DNA of 64,000 bases from Harriotta raleighana (Eukaryota): NCBI GenBank assembly GCA_050575255.1, contig JBNZDD010013599.1, positions 1,987,053-2,051,052 of the forward strand, written 5' to 3'. The notes under the pieces are model-generated. The model was not told where the DNA came from, made no database searches, and was given only the letters and a program-made list of their open reading frames with translations. The position numbers and the translations under genes are program-made. This document shows, one piece after another, positions 55,401-64,000 of this stretch (positions within the stretch are counted from its first letter, which is position 1; every line of letters starts with the position of its first letter).

Positions 55401-58400
55401 TTCGCCTTGGCCTGCATAGGATCTGAAAGTACCAGTTTTGACCTTTGAAATGAACCTCTCCCCCCCAGCGTTACTTGAATTTGAATCCAGCGCTTTGGGA
55501 CGTCCTCCCGACGTGAAAAACGCTCTACAAATGTCATTTTGTGGTAGTTGTTTAATCAGCGGAATTTAATCCTTCCGAAAAAGTGGGGAAAGACACTTTT
55601 CGGGCAGCAGGATTGACCCCCCCAAAAAAATCAATGGAATACTAAAACCTAATCAAGGCACAAAGGAGCGGATTCAGCACAAAAGTAGACGTGAGGAAAT
55701 AAACACTCTTATGTATTGATAAGTTGCTGATTTGCTTTTCTTTCAGCTCACCAGTGAAAGAAGATGAGTCGTCCCTGGATAGTTGAGCAGGTGTCACTGT
55801 CCTCACTTGCTGTATGTTGTGCATTTGTTTATTTAAAAGTTCCAGATGGTCTGTGGTTTTATAGAGAAATGGAAATGGCCACAGACGCTACAAACAAAGG
55901 CAATGATTTGGGCTCCTGTTCCATCCTCCCGAGTATTGCAAACAAGAAGATTTAACGTTCGCAGAAAGCTGCTAGATATCATTGTTCAGAACAAGCCTCC
56001 CGCTATAGCTCTCAGCACATCAGTGCTGATCAGCCAGACGCTCAAATGGGATGCGGTCATTCCAAGAAAAAAAAAGTTCCAAGAGATTCAAGATGATTAA
56101 CGACGCACTCATTCTTTTAACAGGGCAACATTCGACAATTACAATCCACAGTAAACCTGACCAGAATGCCCAAATGACCATGGTTGCAAGGTGACCGCAA
56201 GCCTACTTGAGGAATAAATATGTATTAGGTATAGATCTCGTCCATGCATTCTGTAGTGAACAGCCCGCCGCTCAACCACTCACAAACACACACACACAGA
56301 ACTGAGTAATAAATGTAACAGCAAAGTGCGATCTGGGGAAACAAATCATTGATCTGCGGAACACATTATCCACTGCAAGAGAGTATGATTTGGGGTCAAG
56401 AGTTATTTGGTGGAAAGCCTCTGCACCCACACATATAAGTGGGAGTGGGGGGTCGAGGGGTGGGGGGGTTTGGAAGAATTCAACCCATAGATTCTAGAGT
56501 AATCACTGCAATCAATGTGGTAACAAGATTGTCTTTGCTAGGATGTAATTTGATCTTGATTAATGATGTGTATCAGGCTTCTTTCATAGTGTTGAATTTG
56601 ATTTGGAACAACAGTGATACAGTGGATAAGACAATATTCTTCCCTTACGTTCCAGTCCCAGAAGTTACTGTTTTGAATTCATCTTTGATCATCATTGTGA
56701 TCAAATGACTGCCTGTATCTATATAATTACTGTGGCGATAACAGGGCTCATAGTTTCATTGCTCCAGGGAGTAGATTGAAACGTCTGCAACCTTGAAAAA
56801 ACACAAACGTCGTATCTTCAGATAGATGCACAGACATTTCTGCAATCCCAATCGTTTTGCACAATTCATACGCAACACATTTCGAATCCTCCTCCACCTC
56901 AAATGCTCCTACCTGCACATTAGCTCAACCACCATGGAAACTCCTTCCAGTGCAAACCAATTCATTCAACATTCTCGATTTACTTTTTGCCCTCCAAAGT
57001 CAGTCATGTACGGGTTTCAAATCCACCGAAAAAGAGATTAGGATGATCGTGGACAGCTTTAGCCGTCCACACAAATGAAGGGCATGGTGACATCAGACAG
57101 ATCGGAGCTTAGCATTTGCTCGGCAGCCCGTGATTCGGAGGAGCTCTGGGCTGCTCGGAGGTTTGCAAACCTCCCAGTTGGCCAAGGCCAATTAGAAATA
57201 GACAAGTGCCAGCTGAGCAATTAAAAAGAACGAGCAAGTAGTGTTCATTATACAGTATAGACAAATTACAGTACTGTACATGTAAACACCCCTGGGCTCC
57301 TTCCACCGTTACCCAAGGTGGGTGGGAAGGCAGGCTTAATATGGTGATTCTATCTAAAGGATGCTTAGAGGCAGCTCTGGGCCAGAATTTTCTTTTATAA
57401 AACAGCCCAGGCGGCAGAAATGGAAAATCAGATTGGCTGTAGGTAAAAGGCTTCCTGATTATTTAATTATGTATTAATCTTAATTGCTCGCGAACAGAAA
57501 AAGTGTCCAAGAACATTTAGTACTGGCATCACAAACTCCTATCGCTTTGTGCACATAAGTAAAGTTTTTACACAGTACAACACAAAATGTTCATTTATAG
57601 GAGCTTTGCAAAAACACTTACCATTTTGGTTTAATGGGAAGCGATTTTTTTTTAAGACTCAAGAGCATTCAATGTGTTGCTTTGTTTTTCATCTGTGGGG
57701 GGAAAAGAGAAATGCCAATGTCTTATTCTATAGCTCTCTCCTCTCTTCAACGACAGTCAATCATTACAAGCAATCATTTTAATTTACAAAATCCTCACAG
57801 CTTTTGTTCACTTAAGGTTTAAAAAGGTAGAATAGTTTCAAGAGATGAGCACAAGCTTAGAATACCAAAACCTCTGTTGTCAGTTACAGTGCTGTTTAGA
57901 GATGTCATTTCACAGTAGGAAATTGGCAGGCATGTACGAGCCATACTTGCTGATCACTTCAGGCCACCAATACCAACTGATAAATACTCCGCTGAGAAAC
58001 GAAACCAAGGTTTCTTCCCGCGATGTATCTACTTTGAGAGTTCAACAGTGCTTGTGTGCAAAGTTCAGTACCGGATTAACTAGAAGAGGAAGCATTTAGG
58101 CCTGATCAACAACAACAACAACAACAAAATTACATTTACAGACCGCCTTTCATGTCGGGAGGACGTCCCAAGGAACTGATCAACTCCTTGGCATACGAAT
58201 GGTCAGATCGGACACAATGATTATTGGAGTAGAGTACAGTACATCCATTATTCCATATGAATGTTTTGGAGTGTGTTTGGCCATTTCCTTTGGGTGATTA
58301 TGTGAATGACTGGAACATAATAGGAATGTAAAAGCACAAACATAGAAAAGGTTTCAATGTGTCTTTGAAATATCCTCCTCAGAAGTAATTTTCTGCTCTG

Positions 58401-61400
58401 TCGCTTCCACATTTAGAAGCGCTGAGATCATATCTTTTTGATAGTCTACCCAAACTGTAATTCAAACTGTTAGCAGTCACAGTTAACAGACCTTCACCTT
58501 TTAAACACGTTCCAAGGGCTTCCATAAGATTGGTAACGTTTACCCCACAAAGTAACCTGCCATCTAAGTGGCCTGACTCGAACCAGCCTCAAGCTTTCTG
58601 CCAAGTCTGAACGAAGCAACAATGGTTGTGGTGCAGACTTGAAGTTGTAAACCAACCAGTTCAGATACAAAATACTGACATTTTAGACTCCGTTTAGCCC
58701 TATAAATTAAAAGCTGTCCTTATCCACCAGATTAAATTATGTAACTAACCTGAAACGATAGCATAAACCCCCATCCCCCGCCCAACAAACTCCCACAGAA
58801 CAAATGCGCACATTATTGTTTGTGATTGCGTCAATGTTTGTTTCGAAAGTTTGGGAAAAGTAAGCAATTGATTCACAACCAAAAGGGAAGATAAACAGTT
58901 TTAACCTCTCACTCTGTGGAAACCTTTTGCTGCCGTTGCAAAGTGGGGTACAGTTTAGGCAACTTTATATACCAGGCGAAGGTTGAGTTGGAATTCCAAA
59001 TGGTTATAGGTTCACCCACATCAGGAGAAAAGGAATGGTTGGTTAGTATGGGATCTTGGAACTGGAAGCTATCCTACTTAAGGATACTCTGGGGCAGATG
59101 ATGAGGTTTTGTTTACATCAAGGTAGTGGGTATTAGCAGGAGGGATTGGAACGCATATTTCTATTTTTGTCTCTCAGTGTTAGGATCATAGCTCTGCCAG
59201 GTCTTAACAATGTACCTTAAGCCCAGAGAAGCATCCACTGAAGATGCACTGAAATGAATCTTCCCACTTCCCACAGCCAAACCATTCCTGTTTTTCGCCA
59301 AAATGACAGACGTTTCATAACATTGTTTACAAAAATGAAACATTTGGTCCTTGAAGCATTTTGTGCATAAAGTCACAATCACTTCAAATCCATCAACTTG
59401 CTCTATTTTTAACTTTGAACAGTCTTTCTTGTGGTCCCGGTCGTATTCAACCAAGAACTCTATTGACATTTCACACAGACCAGCCAAAAAAAAATCTTAT
59501 ACACACAAGGGAAATGAAAAAGTGACTTCATATAAACATTGTATGTTCAATCTTATGCAGCCAATTCAACCACTTCCAAAGTTTTTTTTTAAAAAATCTT
59601 TCAAGCTACAATGAATATTTGATACAATACAAAAAAAAATCCTACAAGATCTGTTTGCAAAGTAATAAGTACTCAATAAACAAAACCCAGAGAGCATTTC
59701 TTCACCCTAGGTTTGCTTCAAATACTTTCTGGAACAATGTTTTTTTGTTTATTTTCCTACAATAAAAACTTAACACTCGTCATTCTTTGGTTTCCAGCCG
59801 GTANAAAAAAATCTTTCAAGCTACAATGAATATTTGATACAATACAAAAAAAATCCTACAAGATCTGTTTGCAAAGTAGTAAGTACTCAATAAACAAAAC
59901 CCAGAGAGCATTTCTTCACCCTAGGTTTGCTTCAAATACTTTCTGGAACAATGTTTTTTTGTTTATTTTCCTACAATAAAAACTTAACACTCGTCATTCT
60001 TTGGTTTCCAGCCGGTATTTAAAAAGGATTTCTTTCTCAAACACAGCTCTCGTTTTGTTTTTTCGCAGTACTGAGCTGTGGGTCTCTCTCTGGCTTCTTC
60101 TCTACCGTGTGAGCCACCGCCTTGCGATCGGTTTTCATCCCAACTGTTTGTTCTTTACGAAGCTGCAATAGAAGCATACATTTTAATTCAAATCCAGTGG
60201 AAACTTATCACGTAAATTTGTTTTAAATATCCTGGCCAATTAATCATTTCCTTGGGTTATTGAGTCTCCCTCCACTGGCATTGATTTAATGGCGATAATA
60301 GATTCTATTCATTTTAATGACAGATGAAAAATTGTCAAGATTTAATAACGCTTATTCATTTTTGTATTCTATTAAAATAAAGCACATATAGATATTAAGG
60401 CCAGACAGGTCAACTATTTTGCAGTACTCAATATGTCACATAAATTAATCAAACCGTTTTACAGATAAATGAGTGCGTTTTCCTCCCGACCCTGCATTTC
60501 ATCATCAAAGGAGAAATTACACTTTACAAACAGTGCCAAACTAGTTGATGAATATAACATGTCCAACTGCAACCCCACAACCAGCATCAAATGATTGTCG
60601 CACAATGTAATGTGTTGTATCCACCGTCGCCCGTTGATCTTTTCAAACGTGTGGGGTTTTGTCAGCAATTCCTGCTGCTTAGGCTGCCATCGGGTGGCCA
60701 CTCGTGTTACAACATGAGAGAAAACAGATCTATAAAGAGATCTGATTCATTTCTGATTTTCTGGATGGGAACTCGGCAGCAAGGAGACACTTCCCAAGAG
60801 GAAAAACAACAGGAAATCTTTATGCCATTCGGTAGCGTTTGTCTTAAACTCACCTGCAGTCTGAAGCCGCCAGACACACACAGTCACAAGACACACACAC
60901 ACACACCCACACTCTCAGAGTCACTGCACTTTACAGCACGTGCTGTGTTTCAGGTTGGGAGGCTGTTTCGAAAGGGAGGAGTGCTGGGACCCACGTAGAG
61001 AAGTGGCTTACATCAACATCAACAACAACAACAACAATTTATGTAACTCTCTCCACCCCGGACGGCGTCTCAGAGCGCTGCACAATANCCACACTCTCAG
61101 AGTCACTGCACTTTACAGCACGTGCTGTGTTTCAGGTTGGGAGGCTGTTTCGAAAGGGAGGAGTGCTGGGACCCACGTCGAGAAGTGGCTTACATCAACA
61201 TCAACAACAACAATTTATGTAACTCTCTCCACCCCGGACGGCGTCTCAGAGCGCTGCACAATAGCGGATCCCAGGGAGAGGGGTAGAAAGCAGCTCCCAA
61301 AGCAGCTTTGTGCTGAGACCAGGAATACTGAGTCCCCTCACTGGCCTCCGTAAAGCTGCCTCAAATCACAGCAAATCAACACTTTATTTGTGGCACCCAT

Positions 61401-61460
61401 GACACGCAGCAGTCAGTCAATCTGTGCAATTTACCTGGTGGATTGTAGGCCAGGACACAG

Positions 61461-61591
61461 NNNNNNNNNNNNNNNNNNNNNNNNNNNNNNNNNNNNNNNN
61501 NNNNNNNNNNNNNNNNNNNNNNNNNNNNNNNNNNNNNNNNNNNNNNNNNNNNNNNNNNNNNNNNNNNNNNNNNNNNNNNNNNNNNNNNNNN
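61461..61591. other. Assembly gap
   Basis: Run of N. Confidence 1.
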
Positions 61592-62924
61592 ATTTTTAAC
61601 ATCCCTCTGAATAGGCAGTGGAGCCAGTACTGACGGGTCGAACCAAATTCCACAACTACTTCATCAGCAACTCGGGAATCATCAAGGCTGCCCCTTAGTC
61701 ATACGGACATCTTCTTTGTCAAAAGCTCCAAATTTACTTTGAAGCTAAGTTTCCGAGCTGAGCGAAGCCTCAATCCTAACCAATCACCGCAACGCTGGGG
61801 AAACACCCCCCGACACAGACTTGCCGCCGCCGCGGTTTTACCCGTTGCGTTAGTGTTACTCGGAGTGCGGAGTGCAAGGGGACTCTAGAAATGCGTCGAT
61901 GAATTTTGCATCGCAAACAGTTCAGAGTAGCAACAGCCAACCCATTCCGAGCTGCAGCATCAGGCCTTTGAGCATCGTGATGTTATCAGTGGGTTACTCT
62001 GCCTTCAGCCAAGTGATGTCAGTTTCAAGCTGCCTTAATACGGGGTTCACTGCAGACGCTGTTATCAACGACAGCGCTCGATTGCATCATGTAATCGGGG
62101 GAGTTCGGGAGAACTCAGCATCAAGCAGTTTCCAACCGAGCTGCAGCACCTTGAAATGTAAATAAAATTGTCGCCCATAGCAGCCCTGAACTTGCGCATT
62201 TTCTCCGGGGCAGCCTCCGGTTTCTCTTAAAGTACTGCTCTGGTCTGAACAATAGCGGAAGCAAGGGTGTTTTTTTTTGGGGGGTGAGGGGGGAAAAAAA
62301 AACACACTAGAATTTTTGTGTTCAAGAAACCTCATCAGTAATCCACTAAGGCAGGGGGAGGCGAGGTGATGGTCAGGAGATCGGACGGCCAGTACTTCAG
62401 AGGCTCTGGAACTACAGCATCAAGGTTGAGAGTTAGGATCGGGAGGCCGGAAGGCCACAGAACAAAATGGTTGATTGTTGATTCGAACCCTACAACGGGA
62501 GCTGCGATAAAAAGAAACACACACACACACACGAGCGTGCAAATGCATCAATGTCACTTACCATTAAACAAAAAAGCTTTCTATTTTTCTTAAACGGCTG
62601 CACCCGAATAATAATAATCCTTGCATTTGAAATAGCGTCTCAAAGTGCTTGACAGAATATGCTGTAAAGCGAATTGACTTTAGACTCTGCCTGAATTCTG
62701 GATGCACACAGATACACACACACACACACAGGGGTAATTTGTTCCCCAGAGGTCTTCACAAGGTCGAAGAGAATAACAACTTGTATTCACTGTATATAGT
62801 GCCCTTCACTTGGGGTAAGAGCACTGAAAAATTGCATAGTTCGACATCATGGGTTACCTTCAGCAAAGATGTCAGTTCAGTCCTTTGATCTAGGACCTGC
62901 AGCAGCTGTAGCAGGAATACTACT

Positions 62925-63200
62925 CGCATTTGATATAGCGCTTTTCTCGTCTTCTAGACGTCTTAAAGCACTTGACAGTGTATACTGTAAAGTGAACTGA
63001 CTGAATATCTGTGGGCGAAACATGGCAGCCAATTGCACACAGCAGCGTCTCACATCCAGCCGTGGAGTGAAAAGATCAATTTATGTTGGGTTTCTTTTTG
63101 TAGAGGGATTATTATCAGGTGTGTGGAGGGAGGTTTGCCCAAGGTTTCAGGAATTGGAAACCAGGAGTCTCGCTCGCAAGACGGGTGCTCCAACCACTGG
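62925..63200 (-). mobile_element. SINE, diverged, near full length
   Basis: Reverse tail, ggcagccaattgcacacagcagcgtc, gcccaaggtttc, gtgctccaaccactg. Confidence 0.85.
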
Positions 63201-64000
63201 AATCGTGGCGGAAGCAAGACTCCAAGGAAAGGGAGAGCAGGAAGGTACGAACAAAAAAAATGCCAACGCTCCTTACTCCCCTCCCTCCAACCTTGAGAAG
63301 GTTAACCAACTGTTACACTACAGTTGGGCTGAAGTACACGTTTAGTTCAAGATGTAAATGCTTTGACCGCTCAGACACGATCAGATTCGGTGCTTTACAC
63401 AATGCTAATGTGTGCCCTGGGGTACGAAAGGAGATGGGAAAGGTTGCAGTACTTACAAGGTACGATCGTAGTCTGCTCTTGCCTCATTAATAAGACCTGA
63501 AATGTCACAACTTTGCATCTCCAGTTCATATTTAATAACCCGTTATTAAATCTATTACTCACCACTCACACTCGCCTCAAGGTGATCGTCCCCCATTCAA
63601 TCCGCCCCCAAAAAAATACATTCCGCTTCTTTGTCTTTGTCCGTCCGTTTGCCCCTCTCCACCCTCTCTCACGTCCCCACTATCCGCTCCCACCCACCCC
63701 AGAAAACTTTCAGTTCTAAAACTGCTTCACGCGTTAGACGGGTTGCACCTGACAGCAGTTAATACTGCATCAGAATTGTTATGAACAACGCACCTCTCCC
63801 TTACCTCCGCCACCCCACCCCCCCCATCACCAAGCACAAGCAAATTCACACAAGTAGACATTCGAGACTTCCTACCTGTATATTCTCAGCCAGTAAACAA
63901 ATGAGAAGTCGGCCTGAAATATGCTCAATGGAATCAAAGCTGCTTGTCTCGTGGATTTATGTAAAGGACTGTTGCGGGCAGTTGAACAATGCAGTAAACT

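Overview
This is vertebrate genomic DNA, not prokaryotic. The repeat content (tRNA-derived SINEs with L2-type tails, L2, CR1, a Deu-domain SINE) suggests a cartilaginous fish, possibly a holocephalan (inference). Three spliced protein-coding genes were reconstructed by hand with GT-AG boundaries and consistent intron phases. (1) A + strand C14orf180/NRAC-like gene (4 coding exons, 7563-16092, ~166 aa) with SILR and RVHF motifs and a C-terminal transmembrane segment. (2) TMEM179 on the - strand (4 exons, 24331-20319, 232 aa), tail-to-tail with it. (3) An intact 24-exon kinesin-3 KIF28-like gene on the - strand (52406-28138, 1044 aa). From my recollection of human synteny, the order NRAC-TMEM179-KIF28-like suggests a second KIF28 ohnolog retained on the 14q32-equivalent paralogon; this needs phylogenetic testing. 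Other items are unidentified minus-strand exon candidates at 53-64 kb, degenerate Penelope-type hammerhead motifs, a probably heterozygous SINE insertion, and many single-N tandem duplications that are assembly artefacts. No novel multi-gene system could be demonstrated. Almost all ORF-track entries are spurious or exon fragments.
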